Below are positions 9,241-19,259 of a stretch of DNA of 64,000 nucleotides, in pieces. The notes below the pieces were generated by a model. The model did no database searches. It was not told where the DNA came from and saw nothing but the letters and a program-made list of their open reading frames with translations. How positions within the stretch are numbered: the first letter of the stretch is position 1; the number at the start of each line of letters is the position of its first letter. The stretch is from a virus: positions 27,071-91,070 of the IMG/VR virus record IMGVR_UViG_3300032291_002681; one strand, given 5' to 3'. A program made the translations under genes and the position numbers.

Positions 9241-11541
9241 ATGTCAAGTTTTCCAAATTTATCAAACTTCAAACCTTACATCAAAACTGAATTGGATAAT
9301 AGGGTAGCGGGCAAACGAAATATCTCCGAATTAAACGCTTGGGTTAGGGTATCTTCTGGTGTTGGTGATGGGCTTGTACTATTATCCAATCCAAGTTTTA
9401 AATTGTTTGGGGCAGCTGGAGAAGGTTCTATATATGGTGATGGTAAGACTAGTGGTACGCTGGGAACTACTTGGGGTGGGGCGGCTGTATCGGCTGAAAC
9501 CGAAGATTCTGGATTTAGACCTAAACCAAATATAACATCTATTGAAATTGATGAAGGTGCTGGTACATTAAGTAGAAAGGCATCGTTTACAATAACCTGT
9601 TATACTAAGGGGCAATTGGATACTCTATGTGAGTACTTTTTAGAACCTGGCTATACTATTTTTTTAGAATGGGGATGGAATCTTCCTCAATCTTTAAATA
9701 ATTATTCGCCAAACTTAGATGTAAACACTGTAGCTAGTTATCAAAGTTTTGAGATGGTAAATAAAGCAAGAGAAAATTGTGGTGGTACATACGATAATTA
9801 TTTGGGATATATAACGGGAGGCGGTATATCATCAACAGCAGATACTTATGAAATTTCAGTCAAATGTACTGGATTTACAGAATTACCTGCATATTTTATG
9901 GGAGCTGATAATTCTGAAAAAGGAATATCCGATTCATTAAGTGCACCTGAATATAATACTGCTCAAATTGCAGGAGCAACTTCATTAGGTAAGAAACGAT
10001 TTATGATGGCTTTTAATAGATTGCCATCAAATAGAAGAACTATAAGAGTAGCTTCACTTATTGACAATACCGATGTGGCTAACGAAGCAACTTTTATAAA
10101 TGTTGATGAAACTGTTAAAGGGGAGGTAAACGATAAAACGTCCGGTACTATTATTGCTGGTATAGAGCTAAACGATGAAGAAGCAGATATTGGTGGTGGG
10201 GTAATAGTTGAATTTCCGGCTGGTACTATGTTTGTAAAAGATGAAGCTTACATAAAGTTTGGTGCATTAGTACAAATAATAAATCAAATCGGAATAGATG
10301 GGTTTAAGTTAGGTAATCAAGTTATCAAAACCGAAATACGAACAAATAGAACAGCATGTTGTGCATTTCCTGAAATATTTAGTACGGATAAATCTAAACT
10401 ATTTATACCAAATGCAAAAACACCAAATTTTGATTTAAATTCGGCAGCAAATTCAATAAAACCACCTGAAGGTGTAGTTAAGGATTTTTATGATTGCTCA
10501 ATTGGTGATGGTGATTATAAAATACAATTTCCAGCAGCAGGAAAAATTGAAAATGGTAAAGCACAGAAAAAAAATACTGGCTCCAGTCCTGTTAGTACTA
10601 CAATCCAAAGTAAAGTAGATTCTACATTTATATCTCTAACCAAAGAACAGGGACAGTGGGGATTTTTGGATGACCTTTATGTTAATTTAGATTTTGCAAA
10701 GGGAATATTAGAGGCTAAAAACTTTTCAATAAAAGATGGATTGTATCAAATATTAAACGGAATGTCATCTGCTGCAGGCGGTATTTGGGATTTTCAAATT
10801 ATCCCAAATGAAAATAATACTCAACTAAAAGTAATTGATTTAAATTTGACACCAACTAACGGTGATGAGCCATATTTATTTGTATTAGCTGGATTAAAAT
10901 CTATTTTTATAGATGCATCTTTGGATATGGATATAAGTGGTGCTAAGATGAATCAAATAATTGGTAATAGACTTGGAGCAACTTTAAATGGAAGTCAAAA
11001 AGATGTAAAATTTTCAGAAGAAAATACGGGATTGTTTACTAGTAAAAAAGATAAAGTTTTAACGGAAATAGTAGAAAGGGCAAAACCGGCAGTAGCTACA
11101 CCACCAGAAGGTGGGGATGTTGATATTGAGGAGATGAAGAAGAAAAACTTAAAATTATTTTTAGATAAATCAAGTTATATGCCATATCCAAAATATCAAA
11201 GTGCGGATGTTCCAGCCACACTACTTACGAAAGATGGTACACCTGGTGCATGTTTCCCATCTGCATATAACGACCAATCGATATTTGAATATTTTAAAAA
11301 TAAAAATGATAAAGACTTTGTTAGAAAAGAAAATAAGAGAGTGGGACCTATCATGCCGATTAAATTTACATTTACCATACATGGTATAAGTGGAATTAAA
11401 AGAGGTGATAAATTTAAAGTATCTGGATTACCTAAAAACTATGAGAAAAATGGGTTTTTCCAAGTAACATCAGTAAAACACGTAATATCGGATATGTTAT
11501 GGAAAACTGATATAGAAGGAAGTTTTAGACAATCATCATAA
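9241..11541 (+). CDS. Putative baseplate hub protein (gp27/P2 gpD-like)
   Basis: Follows the LysM gene. N-terminal LEWGW and C-terminal GISGIKRGD...FQVTSVKHVI...W.T beta-barrel pattern. Confidence 0.55.
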   Translation: MSSFPNLSNFKPYIKTELDNRVAGKRNISELNAWVRVSSGVGDGLVLLSNPSFKLFGAAGEGSIYGDGKTSGTLGTTWGGAAVSAETEDSGFRPKPNITSIEIDEGAGTLSRKASFTITCYTKGQLDTLCEYFLEPGYTIFLEWGWNLPQSLNNYSPNLDVNTVASYQSFEMVNKARENCGGTYDNYLGYITGGGISSTADTYEISVKCTGFTELPAYFMGADNSEKGISDSLSAPEYNTAQIAGATSLGKKRFMMAFNRLPSNRRTIRVASLIDNTDVANEATFINVDETVKGEVNDKTSGTIIAGIELNDEEADIGGGVIVEFPAGTMFVKDEAYIKFGALVQIINQIGIDGFKLGNQVIKTEIRTNRTACCAFPEIFSTDKSKLFIPNAKTPNFDLNSAANSIKPPEGVVKDFYDCSIGDGDYKIQFPAAGKIENGKAQKKNTGSSPVSTTIQSKVDSTFISLTKEQGQWGFLDDLYVNLDFAKGILEAKNFSIKDGLYQILNGMSSAAGGIWDFQIIPNENNTQLKVIDLNLTPTNGDEPYLFVLAGLKSIFIDASLDMDISGAKMNQIIGNRLGATLNGSQKDVKFSEENTGLFTSKKDKVLTEIVERAKPAVATPPEGGDVDIEEMKKKNLKLFLDKSSYMPYPKYQSADVPATLLTKDGTPGACFPSAYNDQSIFEYFKNKNDKDFVRKENKRVGPIMPIKFTFTIHGISGIKRGDKFKVSGLPKNYEKNGFFQVTSVKHVISDMLWKTDIEGSFRQSS

Positions 11542-11546
11542 TAAAT

Positions 11547-11918
11547 ATGTTAGACATTAAACGATATAAAATAATTAATAAGGATACTACCGTTTACAAT
11601 GGTGTAAGTATAAAAACATATACGCCAAATGTAACTGAAACAGATTATAAAAGAGGATATGTAACTCGGTACTTTGTACAAAAGGCTAATGATATCGAAT
11701 CGGTAATATATGAAGTAGATTATATAGGATTTAGTAAAGCAATAGATAATCCGTTTTACACTTGTGAAAGTATTAATTGGAGAATAATTGGAGATGATGC
11801 AGCTATCAAAGATTCTAATCTCAAAGCAATAAAATTGGTAATTCCTAAAATCCCAAAAATACAATTGTATTTACCAAACTTATTACAGTTTAAACAAAAA
11901 AAAGATTTGGAAGTTTAA
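11547..11918 (+). CDS. Hypothetical protein (baseplate-associated by position)
   Basis: 123-aa ORF, co-oriented, 5-nt gap from the upstream gene. Confidence 0.65.
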   Translation: MLDIKRYKIINKDTTVYNGVSIKTYTPNVTETDYKRGYVTRYFVQKANDIESVIYEVDYIGFSKAIDNPFYTCESINWRIIGDDAAIKDSNLKAIKLVIPKIPKIQLYLPNLLQFKQKKDLEV

Positions 11919-11937
11919 TTATTTTTTCGTATATTTG
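11906..11937 (+). promoter_or_regulatory. Bacteroidota-type sigma70 promoter for the tmRNA
   Basis: TTTG-N20-TATATTTG, ending 13 nt upstream of the tmRNA 5' end. Confidence 0.8.
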
Positions 11938-11950
11938 TATTTATCAATAT

Positions 11951-12337
11951 GGGGGTGACTCGGAATTGATTACAATGAGAATTGTAGTATCACACGTAGA
12001 CAGAAGTGCTAGATGTCTTTAAATCTGTACAAAACAATAACTGACGTAGAATTATCTACTTGGAACTTCGAAGATGCTATGGCATTTGTAGGAGCTTACG
12101 ATTACGCTGTAGCAGCCTAATCACCACCCGCATCACTCGTGGGTTTTAAATAGAAGTGAACAAACCGGAGCATTACTTATCGGCTCCCTAAAACTGATAG
12201 GTTGGTGGAATCGCTGAACTAACCATTCGGCCCCAATTATTTTGGAAAGTTAATAAGATTAAACTTTATCCTAAACGTGTGAATCTCTGGTATTATGGTT
12301 ACTTTGTAAGACATGGGTTCGAATCCCATCACCTCCA
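11951..12337 (+). ncRNA. ssrA: tmRNA
   Basis: 5' GGGGGTG pairs with 3' CACCTCC including the G3-U alanine determinant, discriminator A. T-arm ATGGG-TTCGAAT-CCCAT. Resume context ATAACT-GAC. Tag ORF 12043-12120 DVELSTWNFEDAMAFVGAYDYAVAA*. CCA is not encoded (ACAA). Confidence 0.95.
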
Positions 12338-12341
12338 CAAT

Positions 12342-12376
12342 AATCCCGAACTATTATTTGGTAGTTTGGGATTTTT
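12342..12376 (+). terminator. Terminator after the tmRNA
   Basis: AATCCCGAACTA-N8-TAGTTTGGGATT stem plus T run. Confidence 0.8.
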
Positions 12377-12388
12377 ATATTTATGTGT

Positions 12389-12787
12389 ATGATATCGTTA
12401 AAAGAATTATTGAAAGAAAGTACAATCAGATACACTCATCCAAACTTTGATAGTGAATGGGAAGAAGCACAGCGTTATCCAGAATTTGTTGAAATGGGTA
12501 GATTGGAATGGATTAAAAGAGGTAAAGCTGGATACGTTGTAAACTATTCTCAGATAAAAGATATTTTGGGAAATGTAGATTTAGATTTTAATGGATTACA
12601 TCCAATCAAAAAGAAGTTTGTCTTACAATATATAAAAGATGGGTTAGTTGAGCATCCAATAGTTGTAAAGTTTAGTGATACCGATTATGATTTAGTTGCC
12701 GGAAACACTCGTTTATCCGGTTTAGTTAAATTCGGACATGACCCAAAATTGTGGGTTGTTGATATATCCGATATATTTGCAAAATAA
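12389..12787 (+). CDS. ParB/Sulfiredoxin-like domain protein
   Basis: PIVVK....YDLVAGNTRL matches the ParB/Srx core. N-terminus MISLKELLKE. Confidence 0.6.
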   Translation: MISLKELLKESTIRYTHPNFDSEWEEAQRYPEFVEMGRLEWIKRGKAGYVVNYSQIKDILGNVDLDFNGLHPIKKKFVLQYIKDGLVEHPIVVKFSDTDYDLVAGNTRLSGLVKFGHDPKLWVVDISDIFAK

Positions 12788-12819
12788 TTTGGTAAATTGG
12801 TAAAAAAGTTGTATATTTG
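12788..12819 (+). promoter_or_regulatory. Bacteroidota-type promoter
   Basis: TTTG-N20-TATATTTG. Confidence 0.75.
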
Positions 12820-12835
12820 TACAAATTGATTTCGT

Positions 12836-13099
12836 ATGTCAAAAGCACAATCAGTAAATGATAAACCCAGAAAATTCCAACACATCTACAAAGATGATGA
12901 TGGGGTAGAATCTATTTGGAAATACGATTTAGATAAGTTTCCTAATGGACCAATTTCGGTAGAGAATAAATTTCCACCTCACTATGAGAAGAAATTAAAA
13001 GCTCAACAAAAAGAAGCTAAACTGGTAAAGAATCAATCAATATTAGAAAAAGCAAAAGCTGCAAATAAGAATGATAAAGATAGTAGAAAATATTGGTGA
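12836..13099 (+). CDS. Hypothetical protein
   Basis: 87-aa ORF directly downstream of the promoter. Confidence 0.65.
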   Translation: MSKAQSVNDKPRKFQHIYKDDDGVESIWKYDLDKFPNGPISVENKFPPHYEKKLKAQQKEAKLVKNQSILEKAKAANKNDKDSRKYW

Positions 13100-14357
13100 G
13101 ATTAACGAATTGATGGAAAAATTGGAAACTGAATCATCGATTTGGTATCCATTGTGGGTGGATAATGATAAACATCCACAAAACACTCATATATCCTTCC
13201 TGTTCGTTCAAACTTCAACTGATAGGTACATTCTACCACATCAACATACGGACTCTCTATCACTCTCTAAACCGGTTATAGAGGGTATCTTAAATACAAC
13301 AGGTGAAAAGTGGGTATTCCAAAAGAAAAAGCTACTACAATCGTTTCAAAATCTAAGGGAAGGGTTGAATGATGTTGATACTACTCACTTTCTAAAAACA
13401 GGTGAAACGATAGACTACTCCCAACAACTACAACAATTAGTAGCTCCTTATTTACACAAAGGTTACAAAGAAAACATCATTCAATCCATTCCTATTCTTA
13501 AACTTGCGGAAGCGATAGAACCACTATTGCTAAAATGTACAAATCAAAAGAGTAAAACTTATAATTGGTACAATGATATCTTCTTACCAACCCTTTCAGA
13601 TATTGAACGATATGGGGTTCGGGTCGATAGGGAAAAATTTATTGATAGATGGCCTCAAGCTCAAAAGCAAGTATCCTCCGATAACTTAGTGTACACCGAA
13701 TACAATCCATTTACGGTGACCGGTAGACCATCCAATAGACATGGTGGTGTAAACTATGCAGCCCTAAACAAAACCGATGGTAGTAGAGAGTGTTTCGTTT
13801 CCGATGGGATATTCCTACAAATGGATTATAATGCGTATCACCCACGATTAATTGCTAAGTTGATTGGATTTGATGTACCGGATGGGAATATGCACCAATG
13901 GTTAGCTGACCAATATGGTTGTAGTGTGGATGAATCGAAGGGGATAACATTCCAATTATTGTATGGTGGTATCGATGATGAGTTCCGCCAAATCCCATAC
14001 TTTGATAAGGTGGCTGATTATATTGATGAGTTGTGGGTTGAAACGCAAAAGAAGGGATACTTGCAAACACCACATAGAGAGATTCCTTTGAGCTGGATAG
14101 AACAACCGAATGCACAAAAGGTATTTAACTACTTACTACAAGCGGTGGAAACTGAAATGAATGTGGATGTGATGAGAAAGATATTAGATTATGTGAGAGG
14201 GAGTGGAATCCGATTTTGTTTATACACATACGATTCGTTTCTTTTTGATGTACCGACTGGAATAGATAAGAATATTATTAGAGGATTGAAGGAAATAATT
14301 GAGGGAAGTGGGTTTCCTGTGAAAGCCAGTTGGGGATTAGATTACGGAAAATTATAA
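13071..14357 (+). CDS. Short family A DNA polymerase-like protein
   Basis: TVTGRPS, motif A QMDYNAYHPR, motif B K.ITFQLLYG, FNYLLQ, motif C YTYDSFLFD. Only 428 aa. Confidence 0.8.
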   Translation: MIKIVENIGEINELMEKLETESSIWYPLWVDNDKHPQNTHISFLFVQTSTDRYILPHQHTDSLSLSKPVIEGILNTTGEKWVFQKKKLLQSFQNLREGLNDVDTTHFLKTGETIDYSQQLQQLVAPYLHKGYKENIIQSIPILKLAEAIEPLLLKCTNQKSKTYNWYNDIFLPTLSDIERYGVRVDREKFIDRWPQAQKQVSSDNLVYTEYNPFTVTGRPSNRHGGVNYAALNKTDGSRECFVSDGIFLQMDYNAYHPRLIAKLIGFDVPDGNMHQWLADQYGCSVDESKGITFQLLYGGIDDEFRQIPYFDKVADYIDELWVETQKKGYLQTPHREIPLSWIEQPNAQKVFNYLLQAVETEMNVDVMRKILDYVRGSGIRFCLYTYDSFLFDVPTGIDKNIIRGLKEIIEGSGFPVKASWGLDYGKL

Positions 14358-14396
14358 CAATCATATTTATACTATATACAAAAATAGTGTCATAAT

Positions 14397-14999
14397 ATGA
14401 AAAAAATCAGTACCCTTATAGGTTTCCTACTTGTTTCGTTAATTTCGTTTGGACAAGATGTTAGAATTAAAAACGAAGTATTTGAAGTTCTTTATTCTCA
14501 ATCATTGGAACAACCCCTAATAATTAAATATCGTTCAACTAATAGACCTACAAATGTGAACAGGGGTACAATGGATTTCTATAAAGAACCAACGATTAAA
14601 ACATCGGATGCGGCTGATTACAAATCAAACATATATGATAAAGGACATGGAGCTCCAGCAGCATCATTTTCTGATAATATGGTAAACCTAAAACAAACAT
14701 TCTCATATTTAAATTGTATAATGCAAGACCAATACCTTAATAGAGGTGAGTGGAGATTGTTAGAAGAACAAATTCGTAAATGGGATGATACTGAAAATAT
14801 AACTGTACTAATAAAAACATTCTTTGATACACCTGTAAAACGAGTACCAACTGGAGCGGCAATTCCATCTTACTTACAAAAGCATGTTTATTTTGAAAAA
14901 AGTAACAAATGGAAATGTTTTGTATTTCTAAATCAAAAACCAAAATTTCATTGGGATGAGTTAGAAATGATATGCGAAGACGAAGACCACAAATTTTAA
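14397..14999 (+). CDS. Secreted DNA/RNA non-specific endonuclease (NucA/Serratia family)
   Basis: DKGHGAPA (DRGH-like) and N..Q...LNRG.W..LE motifs. N-terminal signal peptide MKKISTLIGFLLVSLISFG|Q. Confidence 0.85.
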   Translation: MKKISTLIGFLLVSLISFGQDVRIKNEVFEVLYSQSLEQPLIIKYRSTNRPTNVNRGTMDFYKEPTIKTSDAADYKSNIYDKGHGAPAASFSDNMVNLKQTFSYLNCIMQDQYLNRGEWRLLEEQIRKWDDTENITVLIKTFFDTPVKRVPTGAAIPSYLQKHVYFEKSNKWKCFVFLNQKPKFHWDELEMICEDEDHKF

Positions 15000-17900
15000 T
15001 GAATATGAATTTATCTGAATTAATAAACGAAATACTTTCTGAATGGGCATATCGAGTTGAAAACGGGATGCCAAACCCAAAGAACCCAATCCACTTAAAT
15101 GAATTGGGTATTATACTTTCAGAAATGGGGCTATCACATATCAAAAATGATTTGGTAGAAAACCTATTGATGGAAAAAGGAAAAACACCTCAAAAAAATG
15201 TTGCAGAAGCTGAAGGTAATTTTAAAAACCCAGTTCTTAACAAATCTATTAAATATAAAAACGATAAAGGTGAAGATGCAGAAGGTATCGTTGGTAATCT
15301 ATTAAGATTGGCAAAAGAACATCCTGGTAGAGTAGCGGCAGAAAAAACATTACCACCAGAAGGTTCTCCAGAAAGAGATTCATTAAACAAAGATTTGGGT
15401 GCTCAAAATAAACCTGCTGGTGCTGACCAACCAAAAGCCGATGCCGGTGGTGAAGAAGCTCCAAAAGAAGACCCAGCAAAAGCTGCAGCTGCAATGTTTG
15501 ACCCAAAAGCAGACCCTGCGATGGCAGCTAGAATGGATAAAGAAAAAGAAGTTCAAGCTCAAATAGCAAAAGATACTCAAGCACAAAACGTACCTCCTCC
15601 AACTCCAAAAAATCAAACAACAAATAAACAATTAGCAAAAGCAGCTGGATTTGATAATGTTGGTAGTTGGTATAATGACCTTAATAAGAAAGCAATGTCT
15701 GACGATCCTGAAGTAGCATCACAGGCGGAAAAAGATTTAGATACATACGAAAAAAATAAAGTAAAAGATGCTCAATCTGCAGGTGATTTCAATCCAATAG
15801 ATAGTAAAGATGTAGCAAAGGAAATGCCACAAGCTGATCCAGATACATTTAGTGGAGGTTCTGATATTCCTGATGGAGTAGAGCCTGAACAATTGGAAAA
15901 ATTCAATACCGATATTAGTAAAGTAGCACAACAAGTAGCTGATGCAAAAGCTAAGGGAGAACCTGCTCCAAACATCAACTTATGTGATGTGACTGTTCCA
16001 GGTACTAACTTATATTGTGATGATAACTTGGGTATTCCGAGAGACCAGATGCCACAATTCAAAGGTACTGCTCAACCTGGTAGTAGAGCAGCTTCTATGG
16101 ATGTGGATGCAAGTGGTGAGGTAGATACTGAACCTGTATTCAAAGAAATGTTAAAAGAGAAAGGTATTAAGACCCTTCAAACGGAAATACCTGCTGATAA
16201 ATTAAAAGCAACTCAACAAGATTTAGTTGGTGCAAAAGTAGTTGGTATGATGGGTGTTTTAAAAGACCCAAATCACCCAGCTTTTGAAAAAATTACTGCA
16301 CCAATATATGTGAGTAGAGATGGACACGTAATTGATGGACATCATAGATGGGCAGCAGTTGTAGCTCATAATGCAGCAAATCCAGACAATCAAATACCAA
16401 TGAAAACAACGGTATTGGATATGGATATTAAAGATGCAATACCAATGGCAAATAAATTTGCAGAAGATATGGGTATTGCGGCTAAGAAAGCCGATGCAAA
16501 TAAAGAAACTCCATCAGAACCACAAAAAGTAACATCCGCACCAAAGGTTACTGAAAAAATAAAGAAAAAAATAGAAAAATGGACTGAAAAAGAAAAAGCA
16601 TTCTTTGAAAGAAATGAAGGAGCTCCTGGTTCAGAAATGCGTAGAAGTTTAGGACAGGCATTAAAAGATAAAGCTAAAGGGGCTTGGAAAGCAATTAAGA
16701 AAGGATTTAAACATGAGGTTGAAGAATTTAAAGCAGCCGGGCAAGGTGTTCAAAACTTTTTTAGTGGTAAACCTTTGAGTGAGCATGAACAAAAAGCAGT
16801 TAAAGCCGTTGCATTTAAAGTAGTAACTACTGCCGTATTTGGAGCTGCATTTGGTGGTTTATCACATGGAGCTGCATATTTTGCTAAACACGTGGCAATG
16901 GAATTTATACCCCATGTTATTGGTGAAACAATCTTAAAGGGAGTTGGTAAAGCTGCAGTATTTGCTGATGCTGATGGTGAAGCTGAAGATGATGCAAATA
17001 TGATTAAGTTTACCGAATTAATTGCAAAAGGACTTGAAGAAATGGAAATTACTCCTGAAATGATGGAGCAGATGGTTGATTCGTATAATGAAAAGAAAGA
17101 AAACGGTGAAATCGAAGATGAGCCATCTGGTGTAAAAGCTGAACATTTACATTTAGTAGATGAGTTGATGTTAGAAATGATTTACGGATTTATTGATGAA
17201 GTAAAAGGTAAGACATTTACAGCGATAAAGAAAGATACTGGTGAGACATCGGTATTTAAATCACAAAAAACAAGAGATGCAGCAGTAAAAGCGGGAACAC
17301 ATAAAGATGTGGATGCGAAAGATGATTCAGCTGAACCGGTTCCTGGTGCAGGATTATTTGATGACCCAGAATATCAAACACAAAGAGGTGGTAATGCTAA
17401 AAAAGATACTAAAACCTCAAAAACCGAATTACCACAACTTTTACCACAATCGCAAATTGAAAATACTTTAATGAAAGATAATTTGAGTTCATTACTTGAA
17501 ACAAATAAAATTCTTAGTAAGTTAAGGGATATGGGTATTGCCGGTGCAGGTGGCGCGGTTGCATCCTATGGTGAGAATTTATGTGTAAATACAACAAATT
17601 CACTTCAAAAAATGGGTGGAGTTGATGGATTTGTACAAAAAAATAAAACTGCGGTAAAGGCGAAAGAAAAAATGATTCTTTCTAATATGAGTACATTTAA
17701 AAGACAAATAAATAGTGTTGCGGGGCAATTAGGATTTGTATTACCAGAAGATGAAGCCGAAGTTATTAAATATATAGCTGCCAGAATGGTGTTTACTGAC
17801 CAAGAAAAAGAAAGATTGCAGGCTGATAAAACATCATTGTATTACAAAAAAGGAAAAGAAGGATTTGCTGAAAACGAGAAAGCAGTGGAAGATTGGTGTA

Positions 17901-19201
17901 AAGCAGCATGGGATGGTGCGATGAGTACACTTAGTGATTTGAAATATGATTCATTAATTGATATGAGTAAACCATTTATTGTAATGCAATCAAACCCAAA
18001 AGAAGGTGGGCATGATGCACCTGTATTAAGCGTACTACAAAAGAAATTAGAAGAAGCAAAATCAAATGGTGATAAGAAAGCGGTAAAACATTATGAGGAA
18101 GAAATTTATGCGTTTACTAAATTGGGATTCCACGATACTTACGCAGTTGGTTATACTAAAGATGGTTTACTAACCGTAAAGCATATTACTAATAAAAAAC
18201 AAGATGATTTACAAGATATTTGGGGTAATACAACACCTGAATACGCATTAAATTTAATTAAAAAATCGTTTGGTCCAAAAGTATCAAAAGCGGTTGTTGA
18301 TGTTATTGAAGATGGTATAGTAAAGGTAAAAGATAGTAAAGCCGCAACTACTAGATTATTTTCTAAAATGAATATTGATGATGAGTTTGTAGCAATTTGT
18401 GATACTAAACAAATGAAACCTTACATAGATGAGTTAAAAGAGCACGGAAAATTCAATCAATGGTTAAACGAAAAGGGAATTTCTCCTAAGAATACAAAAG
18501 AGTGGTTAAAATACGCACAAGAATATGTTAAACAAACACCAAATGCATCTTATGGTACATTTGGTAAATTAGTAAATAAAGTTGGAGAATTTTCTCAATT
18601 GGGTCCTTTTGTGAGAGCGAACCCAAAAATAAATTTTAATAGTGATTCTGTAAAAACTGCTGTAAAAAATAAAAATGATGAAAAAGAATTAGTTGCAGCA
18701 GTTCATAAAGATGTAGCCGATTCAATAGCAAAGGCAGATAAAAAATTAGGATTTCCTGATAAAAATGGAAAAAACGGTCCACATACTCAGGCATACCTAA
18801 CAGTAGTAATGCATTCAATGCACTTTGATTTAATGGTTGAAAACTTTGATAAAAGATTATCGGCATTGACGGGCATTAGAGCCTCAAGTCCTGCCGATTT
18901 TAGAGAATGTTTAGAGGTACTGAGTGGATATAAGAGAAATCCAAAACACAGTGAGGAAGAACACCGAAAATCTTTAAATAAACATCTTTTAGAAAAATGT
19001 AAAATCAATCCACAAACAAGAGCAATTGAAATTACTGATAAAACTGGAACAAAAGTATTGGCTGAAGATACGTGGAGAACCGCAGGAACATCTCAAAAAG
19101 TTGAAAAGAAATTAGGGGGTTCTCTAAGAGAATGTATTTCGGCAAAAGTTGATGTAAGACAAAAGCAAAGAAGACAGGCAGAAAAGCGTAAACGAAAATA
19201 A
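14999..19201 (+). CDS. Large multidomain protein with a ParB/Srx-like domain; putative head-internal/ejection protein
   Basis: About 1400 aa. LKATQ...IYVSRDGHVIDGHHRWAA ParB-like motif, low-complexity linkers, one hydrophobic segment, repeated I/L-x-E motifs. ATG at 14999 overlaps the upstream stop (TAATG). Confidence 0.6.
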   Translation: MNMNLSELINEILSEWAYRVENGMPNPKNPIHLNELGIILSEMGLSHIKNDLVENLLMEKGKTPQKNVAEAEGNFKNPVLNKSIKYKNDKGEDAEGIVGNLLRLAKEHPGRVAAEKTLPPEGSPERDSLNKDLGAQNKPAGADQPKADAGGEEAPKEDPAKAAAAMFDPKADPAMAARMDKEKEVQAQIAKDTQAQNVPPPTPKNQTTNKQLAKAAGFDNVGSWYNDLNKKAMSDDPEVASQAEKDLDTYEKNKVKDAQSAGDFNPIDSKDVAKEMPQADPDTFSGGSDIPDGVEPEQLEKFNTDISKVAQQVADAKAKGEPAPNINLCDVTVPGTNLYCDDNLGIPRDQMPQFKGTAQPGSRAASMDVDASGEVDTEPVFKEMLKEKGIKTLQTEIPADKLKATQQDLVGAKVVGMMGVLKDPNHPAFEKITAPIYVSRDGHVIDGHHRWAAVVAHNAANPDNQIPMKTTVLDMDIKDAIPMANKFAEDMGIAAKKADANKETPSEPQKVTSAPKVTEKIKKKIEKWTEKEKAFFERNEGAPGSEMRRSLGQALKDKAKGAWKAIKKGFKHEVEEFKAAGQGVQNFFSGKPLSEHEQKAVKAVAFKVVTTAVFGAAFGGLSHGAAYFAKHVAMEFIPHVIGETILKGVGKAAVFADADGEAEDDANMIKFTELIAKGLEEMEITPEMMEQMVDSYNEKKENGEIEDEPSGVKAEHLHLVDELMLEMIYGFIDEVKGKTFTAIKKDTGETSVFKSQKTRDAAVKAGTHKDVDAKDDSAEPVPGAGLFDDPEYQTQRGGNAKKDTKTSKTELPQLLPQSQIENTLMKDNLSSLLETNKILSKLRDMGIAGAGGAVASYGENLCVNTTNSLQKMGGVDGFVQKNKTAVKAKEKMILSNMSTFKRQINSVAGQLGFVLPEDEAEVIKYIAARMVFTDQEKERLQADKTSLYYKKGKEGFAENEKAVEDWCKAAWDGAMSTLSDLKYDSLIDMSKPFIVMQSNPKEGGHDAPVLSVLQKKLEEAKSNGDKKAVKHYEEEIYAFTKLGFHDTYAVGYTKDGLLTVKHITNKKQDDLQDIWGNTTPEYALNLIKKSFGPKVSKAVVDVIEDGIVKVKDSKAATTRLFSKMNIDDEFVAICDTKQMKPYIDELKEHGKFNQWLNEKGISPKNTKEWLKYAQEYVKQTPNASYGTFGKLVNKVGEFSQLGPFVRANPKINFNSDSVKTAVKNKNDEKELVAAVHKDVADSIAKADKKLGFPDKNGKNGPHTQAYLTVVMHSMHFDLMVENFDKRLSALTGIRASSPADFRECLEVLSGYKRNPKHSEEEHRKSLNKHLLEKCKINPQTRAIEITDKTGTKVLAEDTWRTAGTSQKVEKKLGGSLRECISAKVDVRQKQRRQAEKRKRK

Positions 19202-19259
19202 CCTGTTTTTATCCTTCCTTTTGGTTTTTAATATTTATAGTTAATTAAAAGAAAAGAGG

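Noticed and set aside
1-11918. Bacterial extracellular contractile injection system or tailocin
   Set aside because: Contiguous with a full T4-like replisome, RNR and endolysin, which indicates a phage genome.
12305-12340. Stand-alone tRNA
   Set aside because: The T-arm and acceptor half pair with the 5' end at 11951, so they belong to the tmRNA.
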